Assembly: GCA_044226545.1 (NCBI GenBank)
Contig: JBGAGW010000007.1
Location: 557 to 64,556, forward strand
Reading direction: 5' to 3'
Origin: Limisphaerales bacterium
Lineage (GTDB): Bacteria; Verrucomicrobiota; Verrucomicrobiia; Limisphaerales; SXQI01
DNA: 64,000 nucleotides
Shown here: piece by piece, positions 19,614-29,918 of the stretch
How the letters are laid out: each line of letters opens with the position of its first letter
Position numbering within the stretch: the first letter of the stretch is position 1
Notes under the pieces: generated by a model
The model's input: the letters and a program-made list of their open reading frames with translations, nothing else
What the model was told of the DNA's origin: nothing
Databases searched by the model: none
Translations under genes and position numbers: made by a program

Positions 19614-22600
19614 ATGCGATTACTTTTGTTGTTTTGTGTCTCAGCGCTCTCGGACCTTGCCGAGGCGGCCGAGCGTCCGACCGTTTCTATCGAGTCGAGG
19701 TCCAGTAGCAGTTTTACTCTTCGGTGGCCCGGGTCTTCTGGAACATTTGCGGTCGAGCGGGCCGCATCTCTCGTGAACCCGGTTTGGCAAACGCTGCCGG
19801 ACAATCCAGTCCTGCAAGGTGCCAGCTACGTTCTCACTTTTTCCGCGGCGGACAAATCAGGTTTCTACCGGCTTCGCGAAACGGGGGCGTTCGAAAGCCT
19901 TCAAGTTGCGAGCACTTCTCCTTCTCAAGGAGAAACGGGGGTAGCGGTGACTCGAGAAACGATCTTTCGCTTGTCTGGCCCTCTGGCGGCAGACACGCTA
20001 CTGGACTCGACCAGTTTGTTTGCCTTTTCCGCCGGCCGCAAACTTCTGTCGCGCGTTGAACTGAGTTCGGATCACCGCACGGCAACGTTGTTTTATCTTG
20101 AGAATCTTCCGGCAGATGCCCGAGTGGATGTGACCTTTGACGGAACCGGATTGTTCGATGCGACCAATCTGCCAGTGGATCTGGATGGTGATGGCGTAGT
20201 GGGTGGTTCTGCGCTGTTGAGCTTCCAAACACTTTCTACCACGGCGCTGGCAACGACGGGCGTGGAAGGCCACGTCTTCGCGTCCGAGAAAAATCCGGAT
20301 GGCAGCAACCATCCGCTGGCTAACGTCACGATCACGGTCGACGGTATGGAGGAGACGCTGCGCACGACCACCGATACAAATGGTTTCTTCCGCCTCGTAC
20401 CGACTCCCTCGGGAAGGTTCTTCGTTTCCGTGGACGGACGAACGGCGGTCGGCAGCCAGTGGCCGGGCGGGGCGTACTACCCGTTTGTGGGAAAAGCTTG
20501 GGATGCCGCTCCCGGTCGAACGAACAATCTCGCCGGCGGCTCGGGAGTCATTTATTTGCCGCTCATCCAGGCGGATGCACTGAAAACGGTGAGCGCCAAC
20601 ACGGAAACAAAAATATCCTTTGCTCCTTCGGTGCTCGCAACCAATCCGGCACTTGCGGGAGTGGAAATCATCGTTCCGCCAAATAACCTGTTCGCGGATA
20701 ACGGTACGCGCGGGGGCAAGGTTGGGATGGCCCCGGTGCCGCCGGATCGAATACCCGAGCCGCTGCCGCCCGGACTGAACCTGGCGATCGTCATCACGAT
20801 TCAGACGGACGGCGCGCGCAACTTTGACGCGCCGGTTCCTGTTAAATTCCCCAACCTGCCAGATCCAGTGACCGGGATAAAACTCGGTCCTGGCGAAAAG
20901 ACGGCGCTCTGGAGCTTCAACCACGACACCGGCCACTGGGAAATCCAGGGGAGCATGACGATCAGTGCGGACGGCCTTTTTGCGGTGAGCGATCCGGGTG
21001 TGGGCGTACGCCAACCGGGCTGGCACGGGCCTGGACCTGGTGGACCGGGCGGTGGGCCAGGCGGCCCTGGTCCTTGCCGCGGCGACTGCGATGAGGAGCA
21101 GAAAAAGAAAAACCCCTGCGACGACAAGAAGGCGCAACTATTCCTCTCGATAAGCGACCTGTTATTCGACGCGGCGTTTGAACTCTCCGGCGCCTCGCCC
21201 AAAGATCCATTCGACGCTTGCGCGCTGGGTTTCGGGATTAACGCGTCGCGCACGACCCGGGATTGCCTGCTGTTCCAACTTTCCGATTGCCAGAGTTCGA
21301 GCATTAACAATCTGATCGGCACCGGGATTGGATGCATTCCGGCTGTTGGTGGTTCTCTGGGGCTTGCCTGGGGTGCCAAAGGGTTGATCGATGCGTCGTT
21401 TGATTATTACGATTGTACACAAAACCAGCAGGGCGCTCCTCTTGCCCGCGAATCACTCCACGCCAGCGCTGTGCAGGGCGGGAACGTCTCCGCCACGCTC
21501 GCGGCAGTGATCAACTTATTGGAAGCTCAGATCAACATGGCTGAGGCGGCCAGCCGTTTGTTGACGGGAATCTACGGCGACAAGGTCTGGTCCGGCGCCC
21601 AGTCTCCGGCTGATGCTGCGGCATATAAAACTCTTTTTGAGAATATTCGAACGGCGTTGGCCGCGGGCGGTCCGGGCGGCACCACGTTGACTGCGGCAGA
21701 AAGAACGGCGCTGGAAGCGTTGCCCCGTCCCACCGGCGCGACCCTCGCTCATGTGCAGGCGTTGCTGACCCGCATGGAACGAATTGTCAATGGTGCGCTC
21801 ACCACTGACAATACGCTCCGGGCCGAAATTGCGTCTGCCGAGGACGAGCTTTTGAAGGTAGCAGAACCGTTGCGGGCGGCCGGTTGGGAACATTACCTTT
21901 ACGGTTTCGAACGCGCCCTATTGTTGCTCAGCAGCCTGACTGCAAATGGCCTCGATCCGGATGCCGGTGGAGCAGTAGCCACTGCCGCGGCGAACGTCTC
22001 GTCCGCTCTGGCCGCTTCCCCGAAGATGTATCGGTTTCCGCGCCGACCGCTTTTTTTCCACCTGGTGAATCAGGACAACGGTTTTGAACTTCGGGGCCGC
22101 CTGAACAGCGGAGGATATTTTGACAATCTCATTCTGGCGCCTAACGCCCTTTATCGGGTCGAATATTTCGACTCGTTAACGCAGCGCACCGGCCTCGCCT
22201 ACTTTCAATCCGAGCCCTCTGGAAGAACCACAACCGTTCCAGCCGCGCTGATGTTCGACGCTCACGGTGCGGACCGAGATGGAGATGGTTTGACCGACGC
22301 TGCCGAGCAGGTGATCGGGACCAATCCGTCCCAGCGCGACACAGATGGCGACGGGATCGGGGACGGGGCGGAAATCGCAGCGGGGACCAACCCGTCCGAC
22401 GGGCAGCCGCTCGGTCTTGGCCCCATGGCGCTACGCGACACAGGCGGCATCGCGGTCAAGATCGACACTATCAATGACCTTGCGGTGGTAGGAAACTCCG
22501 GCGGCATTGCGGTGCTCAACGTAGCCAACCCGCTTGCACCTGTGCTCGCCAGCCAGTTTAACTTCCAAGCGGGCAGAGTGGATGCCGTCGCGGCGGCGGG

Positions 22601-25600
22601 TGATTTCGTGGCGGCAGTGCCCGGTTTGGACAATGCTTCAGGCGCGCGCGTCCATCTGTTCGGGCGAAGCGCGGACGGAACTTTGACGGCGGCAGGTAGC
22701 GTGCCGATCGGGGCAGTGGCGAACACTGTGGTAGCTGCCGGCCGTTACGCCTACGTTCCGGCACGGTCCGCCAATGCACCGACACTCGCAATCGTTCGGC
22801 TGCGTGACGCGCTGCTGCTGGGGCACGTTCCGGTTAATGGGGGCGACGCCATCATTACGCTTGCGATTGATGGCGATGTGCTGTGGGGGATAAACACGCG
22901 GCGTTTGTTCAGTTATCGTATTATGGGAGATTCACTCCAGGAGCTGGGCGGACTGGATCTTGGTACTTTGTCGCCCGCCGTCGGCGAGACTCTGGAGCTC
23001 ACCGTTGGCAATGGCCGCGCTTATGTCGGAGATGCGCGCGGGTTTCGCATCATCAATATCACAGATCCCGCCTCGCCTGTGTTGCTGCAGGCCAATTCAA
23101 CCGGTGCCGCGGTGTTACGGGCCATCGCAACGTCCGGTTCGGGCCTTTTGCTCGCTGGCCAACCGTCCAGCGTCGGAATCTACGACGTAAAATCGGACCG
23201 GGTGACGAACTTTCTTACTTCGTTTGCCCTGCCGAATTTGACCCGGGATATTGTTCTTCATCGAGGTTACGCACTGGTGGCCGATGGCGCTTCCGGACTG
23301 GGAGTGATCAATTTCCTGGCACCGGATCGCGGGACCAATCCGCCGACTATCACCATCCGTGCATTTCCCTCTAATCCCCCGAATGGCCAGGAAGCGGAAG
23401 AACAGTTTTTTGTCACGGCAACGACGAGCGACGATGTCCAGGTGCGTGACGTTGAGTTCTATATTGATGGTGTGACGGTAGCGCGCAGCGGAAAGTTCCC
23501 GTTTTCCGCTACGCTCCGTGCTCCAGCGATGCTTGGGAATAAGGCAAATTTCCTTGTGCGCGGCAAAGCCACCGATACCGGCGGAAACAGCACATGGTCG
23601 CAGGAGATCGCACTGACGCTTCTGCCGGACTCAACGCCCGCTCGATTGTTGGCCTTCGCTCCGGCCCATAATAGCACGCCGCCGCGCGGCTCAATTTCCA
23701 CTCTCAGCGCTTTCTTCGATTCCATCGTGCACCTTACCGATTTTTCGACCGCGTGGACTCTCGTGACAGCGGGCGCGGATGGCAACCTCGGCACAGCGGA
23801 CGATGCGGCCGTGACGGGTGGAGAATTTGTTTATGACACAGACCCACGCACGGTGCTTCAACGATTCTCGGCACCGTTGCACTCGGGTAAATACCGCTCC
23901 CGTATCGCCTCGAGCGTATCTGATCTGGCCGGCAATCCTTTAGGAACCAACGTGGCGTGGGATTTCACAATTCCGACCGCGAAAGCGACGAACTCATCGC
24001 CAGCCAATGGTTCGATCGGGCTCAGCGGGAGTTTGCGTCGTTTTGAGGTGCGCTTTGATGAACGGCTTTCCGCCAGTTCAATCACCCCAAACTCATTGCA
24101 GGTTATCGCGACGAACGGGACGAGTTCGACTGTTTTGACCGGCGGTGCGACTTCGATCTCCGCGGACGGTCTCGGAGCGATTCTGGAATTCCCACAGCCG
24201 ATCGCCAACGGCGGATATCGCGTCGTTTTCTCGCGGGAAATTCGAGATGTATACGGATCGCCAATCGACACCAATTTTCCCATAAATATTGTGGTGAAAG
24301 GGCCGACGGTCTGGACAAACGATTTGAGTGGGCTATGGAGTGCAGGCACGAATTGGAGCCCAGGCGTGCCCGTCACCGGTGATCACGTAGTGATTGACCG
24401 CCCTTCAGCCAATCCAACCATCACCTTGCGCAGCAGTGCCGTGGTAACCACGCTTCGCTCAGAAGAGAGTTTCATCTTCGACAGAGCCTCTCTTGGAGTG
24501 CGTGAGAAAGCTGTCTTTAACGGATCCTTCAACTGGAACGGTCAGAGCGAACTTGTCGGCGGTCAAATCGAACTGCGCGGCAGCAGCGTCATTACCGGAT
24601 CCGGCAATAAGTTTCTTGAGCGAACGGAGCTTCGAAACGCCGGGGTTTTGGAATGGCAGCATGGTGGAATTCTTTCGCGAATCGAGACCGTCTTTCATAA
24701 CCTGCCCGATGGCACCTTCCTGATTAACAAGGACGAGACGGATGGTTTTGTGCCGATCTCTGGCACTCTGCTGTTCCAGAACGAGGGAACTCTTCGGAAA
24801 GAGGGAGGAGTGGATTTCACATTTTTCGACGGGTTATCAGTTTTCAACACTGGCCTGATCGACGTGAAGACCGGCACTCTCGAACTCAGCACCGCTACGA
24901 CCAATGCAGGCGTGATCCAGGTGGCAGCCGGTGCGCAAATACTGCTGGGGACCTCGGGCGGTGTCGCGCCCAGAGGCGGCAATTTTACGCAATTGGCCAA
25001 CGGCCGGGTCAGCGGGCAGGGACAGGTGGTGTTCGGTGGACGTCCGCTTGTTGTCGCGGGAACCGTAGATATCGACGGGATCGCGAGCATACTTGCAGGA
25101 ACAACACTTCAATCGACCGCGGCATGGCGCGCGAGGACTTTGAATATTCCGGCATCGTCCTTCAATACTTTTGATTGTTCATTTGATTCGGACGTCGTCG
25201 TAGGCGTCGGGGGATTAACCCTTGGCCGAGATATTATCGGTACGGGGACGTTTCGTGTGGAAGGCCCGAGCGCGTTGTCCCGGGGAAGTATCGGCGGTCA
25301 GTTGACCTTACGTCCAGACGGCGGGTTCGTGATCACGAATTCGTTCCAGGTCGAAGACTCGGCCCGCTTCCTGAATGCGGCTGTTGGACGATTGGCCACC
25401 AATAGCACGCTCCTGGTCGAGCAGGACGGCCAGTTCGAAAACGAACTCGGAGGAACGTTGGACCTGGGCGAAAATGGCGTCGTACAGTCTACGCGGCTTT
25501 TTTCCACGAATCTAACGGCGTTGGTTTACAATGCGGGCCTGATTCGTAAGTCGATTAGCACGAACGTTGCTCGAATCGTCGGGTATTTTCAAAACGACGG

Positions 25601-26828
25601 GCGAGTCGCGGTGGAGGCCGGCAGCATCCGTGTTGAAAGCACTGGCGTTCACAAAGGCAAATTTGAAATTGCCGCGGGTACTACCTTGAATATCGCTGAT
25701 CAATTGAACGATTTTGCTTCCGAAAGCGAAATTGCCGGGGCTGGTGATGTTCTTTTCAGTTCGCGCAGCGGTTCAACGTCCGGTCGGCCCCTCGTCGGGA
25801 TTTTGCGCGGCACGGTTAAACCTGCCCGGCTGCTTGTGCAAAATGCATCTGTCCGACCAGCGCCAGGAATCGTTCTGCCTCCGACGGAGCTGACTTCTGG
25901 CGGGACAATAGAAGTTGCGAGCGAACTTGACCTGACGAATCCGGTCACTATTGACGCGGGCTATTTTATGGCGCAACAGCGGGTTACAAACGCAATTATT
26001 CGCAATCATGCTCAACTTCTCGTGACCGGTTTCTCCGGGGTTGACCAGGGCCTGACGTTGGTCAACGCCAGCGGCGGGCAGATCACTGCTTTACGGGAAA
26101 TTAGCATCAGTCTTTTTGGGATGATACATAATCAAGTGGGCGCCACTTATGTGGGTGGCGGCACCAACTCCAGCAATCCCTCCTCCGGTCTGCGTGGCAT
26201 TTTCTGGAACGAAGGAACATTCACGGGCAATTACTCCAATCTGGTGGAGAATGGCCTGATCGTAACGAACACGGGCCTTTTCGACATACAGGGCGGCCCT
26301 CTTCGTCTGACCGGCAAGTTCCATCAACGCGGCGGGGAACTTCGTGTCAATGGTCAAGTCGAACTGGACACCGGTTTCCTCACAGGTTCTCCGAAGCCAC
26401 TTTTGTTGGAAGGCGGAGTTTTGACCGGGGTAGGTTCGATTCTTTATACCAACGACAACGTTAAATTTGTCACAAATCACGCCAGCGTGATCAAGCCGGG
26501 TTTGCCAATAGGGACGCTGAAGATCGGCGACGATTTCGCACAGGAGGCAGCGGGAACGCTCGAGATTGAAATCGCCGGTCCCGCTGTCGGGGCCCAATAC
26601 GATCAACTGATTGTGCCTAACCGGGCCAGATTCGGGGGAACCCTTCGGCTTCAACTGCGCGACGGGTTCGTGCCGGCGATTGGGGACGAGTTCGTCATTG
26701 TCACATTCAACAACCGCAGCACCACGACCTTCCAAACCGTCGAAGGCCAGGCCATTGGCGGTGGAAAGCGGCTGGACGTCGTCTATGCTTCGAACCAGGT
26801 ACTGGTTCGTTGTGTGGCGGCGCCTTGA
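19614..26828 (+). CDS. Giant secreted multidomain adhesin-like protein (2404 aa)
   Basis: Signal peptide MRLLLLFCVSALS. N-terminal ...SGFYRLRE module. SbsA-type Ig-like segments (VASTSPSQGETGV, ATNSSPANGSIGL). CarboxypepD_reg-like segment (NVTITVDG...TDTNGFFRL). Gly/Pro linker and a Cys-rich region. Thrombospondin-type-3-like DxDxDG repeats (DRDGDGLTD, DTDGDGIGD). LVIVD-type propeller repeats (AYVGDARGFRIINITDPASPVLL, ALVADGASGLGVINF). A C-terminal beta-helix of about 840 aa begins VWTNDLSGLWSAGTNWSPG. Confidence 0.8.
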   Translation: MRLLLLFCVSALSDLAEAAERPTVSIESRSSSSFTLRWPGSSGTFAVERAASLVNPVWQTLPDNPVLQGASYVLTFSAADKSGFYRLRETGAFESLQVASTSPSQGETGVAVTRETIFRLSGPLAADTLLDSTSLFAFSAGRKLLSRVELSSDHRTATLFYLENLPADARVDVTFDGTGLFDATNLPVDLDGDGVVGGSALLSFQTLSTTALATTGVEGHVFASEKNPDGSNHPLANVTITVDGMEETLRTTTDTNGFFRLVPTPSGRFFVSVDGRTAVGSQWPGGAYYPFVGKAWDAAPGRTNNLAGGSGVIYLPLIQADALKTVSANTETKISFAPSVLATNPALAGVEIIVPPNNLFADNGTRGGKVGMAPVPPDRIPEPLPPGLNLAIVITIQTDGARNFDAPVPVKFPNLPDPVTGIKLGPGEKTALWSFNHDTGHWEIQGSMTISADGLFAVSDPGVGVRQPGWHGPGPGGPGGGPGGPGPCRGDCDEEQKKKNPCDDKKAQLFLSISDLLFDAAFELSGASPKDPFDACALGFGINASRTTRDCLLFQLSDCQSSSINNLIGTGIGCIPAVGGSLGLAWGAKGLIDASFDYYDCTQNQQGAPLARESLHASAVQGGNVSATLAAVINLLEAQINMAEAASRLLTGIYGDKVWSGAQSPADAAAYKTLFENIRTALAAGGPGGTTLTAAERTALEALPRPTGATLAHVQALLTRMERIVNGALTTDNTLRAEIASAEDELLKVAEPLRAAGWEHYLYGFERALLLLSSLTANGLDPDAGGAVATAAANVSSALAASPKMYRFPRRPLFFHLVNQDNGFELRGRLNSGGYFDNLILAPNALYRVEYFDSLTQRTGLAYFQSEPSGRTTTVPAALMFDAHGADRDGDGLTDAAEQVIGTNPSQRDTDGDGIGDGAEIAAGTNPSDGQPLGLGPMALRDTGGIAVKIDTINDLAVVGNSGGIAVLNVANPLAPVLASQFNFQAGRVDAVAAAGDFVAAVPGLDNASGARVHLFGRSADGTLTAAGSVPIGAVANTVVAAGRYAYVPARSANAPTLAIVRLRDALLLGHVPVNGGDAIITLAIDGDVLWGINTRRLFSYRIMGDSLQELGGLDLGTLSPAVGETLELTVGNGRAYVGDARGFRIINITDPASPVLLQANSTGAAVLRAIATSGSGLLLAGQPSSVGIYDVKSDRVTNFLTSFALPNLTRDIVLHRGYALVADGASGLGVINFLAPDRGTNPPTITIRAFPSNPPNGQEAEEQFFVTATTSDDVQVRDVEFYIDGVTVARSGKFPFSATLRAPAMLGNKANFLVRGKATDTGGNSTWSQEIALTLLPDSTPARLLAFAPAHNSTPPRGSISTLSAFFDSIVHLTDFSTAWTLVTAGADGNLGTADDAAVTGGEFVYDTDPRTVLQRFSAPLHSGKYRSRIASSVSDLAGNPLGTNVAWDFTIPTAKATNSSPANGSIGLSGSLRRFEVRFDERLSASSITPNSLQVIATNGTSSTVLTGGATSISADGLGAILEFPQPIANGGYRVVFSREIRDVYGSPIDTNFPINIVVKGPTVWTNDLSGLWSAGTNWSPGVPVTGDHVVIDRPSANPTITLRSSAVVTTLRSEESFIFDRASLGVREKAVFNGSFNWNGQSELVGGQIELRGSSVITGSGNKFLERTELRNAGVLEWQHGGILSRIETVFHNLPDGTFLINKDETDGFVPISGTLLFQNEGTLRKEGGVDFTFFDGLSVFNTGLIDVKTGTLELSTATTNAGVIQVAAGAQILLGTSGGVAPRGGNFTQLANGRVSGQGQVVFGGRPLVVAGTVDIDGIASILAGTTLQSTAAWRARTLNIPASSFNTFDCSFDSDVVVGVGGLTLGRDIIGTGTFRVEGPSALSRGSIGGQLTLRPDGGFVITNSFQVEDSARFLNAAVGRLATNSTLLVEQDGQFENELGGTLDLGENGVVQSTRLFSTNLTALVYNAGLIRKSISTNVARIVGYFQNDGRVAVEAGSIRVESTGVHKGKFEIAAGTTLNIADQLNDFASESEIAGAGDVLFSSRSGSTSGRPLVGILRGTVKPARLLVQNASVRPAPGIVLPPTELTSGGTIEVASELDLTNPVTIDAGYFMAQQRVTNAIIRNHAQLLVTGFSGVDQGLTLVNASGGQITALREISISLFGMIHNQVGATYVGGGTNSSNPSSGLRGIFWNEGTFTGNYSNLVENGLIVTNTGLFDIQGGPLRLTGKFHQRGGELRVNGQVELDTGFLTGSPKPLLLEGGVLTGVGSILYTNDNVKFVTNHASVIKPGLPIGTLKIGDDFAQEAAGTLEIEIAGPAVGAQYDQLIVPNRARFGGTLRLQLRDGFVPAIGDEFVIVTFNNRSTTTFQTVEGQAIGGGKRLDVVYASNQVLVRCVAAP

Positions 26829-26916
26829 TTATCTCTCAACGGCGCGGAAGAGAAGACGCAGGTTTTCAAACCTGATGCCACGCTTTCACCGGATGCAAAG
26901 CGTGGCCGCGTGAGTC

Positions 26917-27852
26917 TTATTTCAACCGATCGAAGCTTTTCTGGAGGATTTGCCAGTCCTTCAACCCTTTGAGCTTCGCGCTGCTGTCCGCGTTGATCTT
27001 CGCTTCGAGCGCATTCTTGGTCGCACGTGGATTCTTGTAGAAGATTCCGAAGTAGCCGGGAAACGGCGTAGCGGCGAGTTTGTAAGCCGCCTCTTCACTG
27101 GTCACGTCGTGATCTGCAGGAACGGTGTTAAACACGCCGCCTTTGCGCGGATTCGCCGCGTCGAAAGCGCCTTCGTAAAACTCGATGCACTCGCTGAGGC
27201 ATTCGATCACGCTGAAGCCGTCGTGATCCATCGCGGCTTCCATCATTTGGAGGACGTGGTTCGGATTCGTGTGGGTTGTGCGCGCAACGAAGCTCGCCCC
27301 GGCAGCGACTAGTTGCTTCATTGGATTGATCGGTTGATCGACGGCGCCCCAGGTATCAGTCTTGCTCTTGAAACCAATCGGCGAAGTGGGGCTGGTTTGC
27401 TTCTTGGTCAGGCCGTAAACGAAATTGTCCATGATGACGTAAGTCATCTTGATATTTTTGCGCGCGGTATGATTGACGTGATTGCCGCCGATCGAAAAGG
27501 CGTCACCGTCACCACCAAAGACGAATACATGCAGGTCCGGACGGCTGAGAGAAACGCCGCTCGCGAAGGGCAGGGCGCGACCGTGAATGAAATGGACGCC
27601 GTGTGCCTGAACGAAGTAGGGGAATCGGCTGGAGCAACCTATGCCGGCGATGGTCGTAATTTTTTCGTGAGCGAGGCCGCGCTTTTCGAGCAGTTTGTAA
27701 TAGAGCGCGAGAACGGAAAAGTCACCGCAACCCGGGCACCACGTCGGATGATCCGCGGTCAGCTCTTTTTTCGTGAGCTTGCGAGGTTCGGAAACTGCGG
27801 GCGCGGCGGTGGTCGGTGCGCCAGTTATTTCGGGGACAGCACTAATAGCCAT
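26917..27852 (-). CDS. korB: 2-oxoacid:ferredoxin (acceptor) oxidoreductase, beta subunit
   Basis: TWCPGCGDFSVL, the TPP-binding GGDGDAFSIGGNH motif, and 311 aa. It lies directly downstream of the alpha subunit gene. Confidence 0.9.
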   Translation of the reverse strand: MAISAVPEITGAPTTAAPAVSEPRKLTKKELTADHPTWCPGCGDFSVLALYYKLLEKRGLAHEKITTIAGIGCSSRFPYFVQAHGVHFIHGRALPFASGVSLSRPDLHVFVFGGDGDAFSIGGNHVNHTARKNIKMTYVIMDNFVYGLTKKQTSPTSPIGFKSKTDTWGAVDQPINPMKQLVAAGASFVARTTHTNPNHVLQMMEAAMDHDGFSVIECLSECIEFYEGAFDAANPRKGGVFNTVPADHDVTSEEAAYKLAATPFPGYFGIFYKNPRATKNALEAKINADSSAKLKGLKDWQILQKSFDRLK

Positions 27853-27876
27853 AAAATCTCTCTTTCTCGAATTGCC

Positions 27877-29703
27877 TTACATTTTGCGGACGCCGGTATT
27901 CACTACGTTCTTGGCGCGTTCGATAATGTCGCGCACTTTCCAGGTGAGTCCATCGGTCTTGTTGATGCCGCGGATTTTTGGATCGCAAAAACGTGCACGG
28001 AGTAATCCGCCAAGTTGGCCGTAGCCATAAAGCCCTTCGTCATTGATTTCGACGACCAGCACGTGATTGAAACCGGAGAAAATATTCTCAAGTCCATTCG
28101 GCAGCGGGAAAATATGCTTGATGTGCAGCGCGGAAACGCTGTCACCAGCCGCTCGTGCGCGATCCACCGCTTCGCGAATCGGACCTTGAGTGCTGCCCCA
28201 ACCCACCAGTAACACGTTGCCTTCCGGCGGACCGTAGACCTGAGGAGTCGGCAATTCTGCACCGAGCGCCTGCAGCTTCTTGCGCCGCTTCGCGCTCATT
28301 TGCATATGCAATTTTGGCGAACCGGTTGGATGACCCAACTCATCGTGTTCGAGACCCGTTGCAATCGGATATTTCCCGCTCATGATGCGCGTGCCCGGGG
28401 CGACGCGCGGGACCACACCGGTCGGGGTGGACAGGTCGTAAGGCTTATGTTCCTGAACCGGTGTAAGATCAGGCGAGATGTCCTGCACGATTTTTTCGAG
28501 GTTAGGCTCTTCGAAAGCTTCAATGCGTGTGGCGATCGCCTGATCGGTGAGAATAATGACCGGCACATTGTATTTCCGCGCGATATTCACCGCCTCAATG
28601 GCGGTATAAAACGCATCCTCCACGCTGCTTGGAGAAATCACCACGCGCGGCGAATCGCCATGTCCGCCATAGACCGCGATGTTCAAGTCCGACTGTTCGA
28701 CGTTCGTCGGCATGCCTGTCGAAGGTCCACCACGCTGCACATCGACGACCACCAGAGGCACTTCGGCCATCACCGCCCAGCCGATCGCCTCCGTCTTCAG
28801 CGAAATACCGGGACCACTCGAACCAGTCACCGCGACTCGCCCTCCATAGCTGGCGCCAATGGCCATTGACACCGAGGCGATTTCGTCCTCGCATTGCACG
28901 AACGTCCCGCCGTATTTCGGCAACTCGCGGCGCAGCAACTCCATAATGTCCGACCAGGGCGTAATCGGATAGCCCGCGCCGAACCGCACACCCGCCGCAA
29001 TCAATCCCCAGGCGAGCGCTTCATTGCCGTTCATGACGACCTGATGCCCGCTCCGCTTCTGGCTCTCGACGAACTGAAATGTTTCGAGCAGGTGCCCAAC
29101 AGAATGACTGTAGCCCGCTTCGAAAGCCGCCATCGCGTTATTCAGAACGCTTTGATCTTTGCCACCAAACCGCTCGGTAATAAGCCCCTTCAATTTGCCC
29201 ACGTTCAGATCGAAAATCTTCGCGAGCAATCCGAGCGTATAAATGTTTTTGCCCTTATCCTTGGCCGTTCCGCCAATCGCTTCCACTGTCAGTCCGGAAA
29301 TCGCAATCCCTACATGACGATAATCTTTCTCCCACTCCGGCTTTGGCGTCACATGTCCGGAATCATAAAGAACAATACCGCCCCTCTTTACCGAGTTGAT
29401 GTGGTCCTCGTAAGAATGCTGATAAAACGCCACCAGCATATCCGCTTCGTCACCCGCGCTGAGCACTTCGCCTGACCCGATCCGCACTTGGAAAATCGAT
29501 GGCCCTCCCGAAATTGTCGAAGGAATCGTCATGAAGGTCATGACTTCCTGCTCGCTCCGGCCGGCGAGGCGCGCCAAAAAGCCGCCGATGGCCTGAATGC
29601 CATCCTGTGAGTTGCCCGCGAGCCGAATTACTGCCTCTGAAATCTTCGAAACTTTGCCGCTGGCCGTGGTGGACGCGGCGGCCACCGTTGCTGATTCGCT
29701 CAT
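27877..29703 (-). CDS. korA: 2-oxoacid:ferredoxin (acceptor) oxidoreductase, alpha subunit
   Basis: VIRLAGNSQDGIQAIGG N-terminus, followed by pyruvate-flavodoxin-oxidoreductase-like and transketolase-like regions. ATG 29701-29703 is chosen (608 aa). Confidence 0.9.
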   Translation of the reverse strand: MSESATVAAASTTASGKVSKISEAVIRLAGNSQDGIQAIGGFLARLAGRSEQEVMTFMTIPSTISGGPSIFQVRIGSGEVLSAGDEADMLVAFYQHSYEDHINSVKRGGIVLYDSGHVTPKPEWEKDYRHVGIAISGLTVEAIGGTAKDKGKNIYTLGLLAKIFDLNVGKLKGLITERFGGKDQSVLNNAMAAFEAGYSHSVGHLLETFQFVESQKRSGHQVVMNGNEALAWGLIAAGVRFGAGYPITPWSDIMELLRRELPKYGGTFVQCEDEIASVSMAIGASYGGRVAVTGSSGPGISLKTEAIGWAVMAEVPLVVVDVQRGGPSTGMPTNVEQSDLNIAVYGGHGDSPRVVISPSSVEDAFYTAIEAVNIARKYNVPVIILTDQAIATRIEAFEEPNLEKIVQDISPDLTPVQEHKPYDLSTPTGVVPRVAPGTRIMSGKYPIATGLEHDELGHPTGSPKLHMQMSAKRRKKLQALGAELPTPQVYGPPEGNVLLVGWGSTQGPIREAVDRARAAGDSVSALHIKHIFPLPNGLENIFSGFNHVLVVEINDEGLYGYGQLGGLLRARFCDPKIRGINKTDGLTWKVRDIIERAKNVVNTGVRKM

Positions 29704-29918
29704 TAAAGATCCTGGTAAAAAGCCGAGAAATAACGCCCCTTCCAACAGGATACCCCCTGCCGGTCGCGAACGTTGTTTCAGGTTGAAAAGCAGCGTAAAC
29801 GGCCTGTTTCCGGGTGTCAAACCGCATCGATCACCAGATTTTGCTCTATTCCGATCATCGCGGAAGAACGTCTCCGGGCTTACGCATTCGCCAGCCCCTT
29901 AACCCGTGGAGCGCGAGA

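Noticed and set aside
21018-21130. Gly/Pro run followed by an RGD tripeptide (GPGPGGPGGGPGGPGPCRGDCDEE) inside the giant protein, considered as a possible integrin-binding motif or DNA-level repeat.
   Set aside because: A three-residue RGD is expected by chance in a 2404-aa protein. The stretch reads as an ordinary flexible linker, and I see no exact nucleotide tandem repeat.
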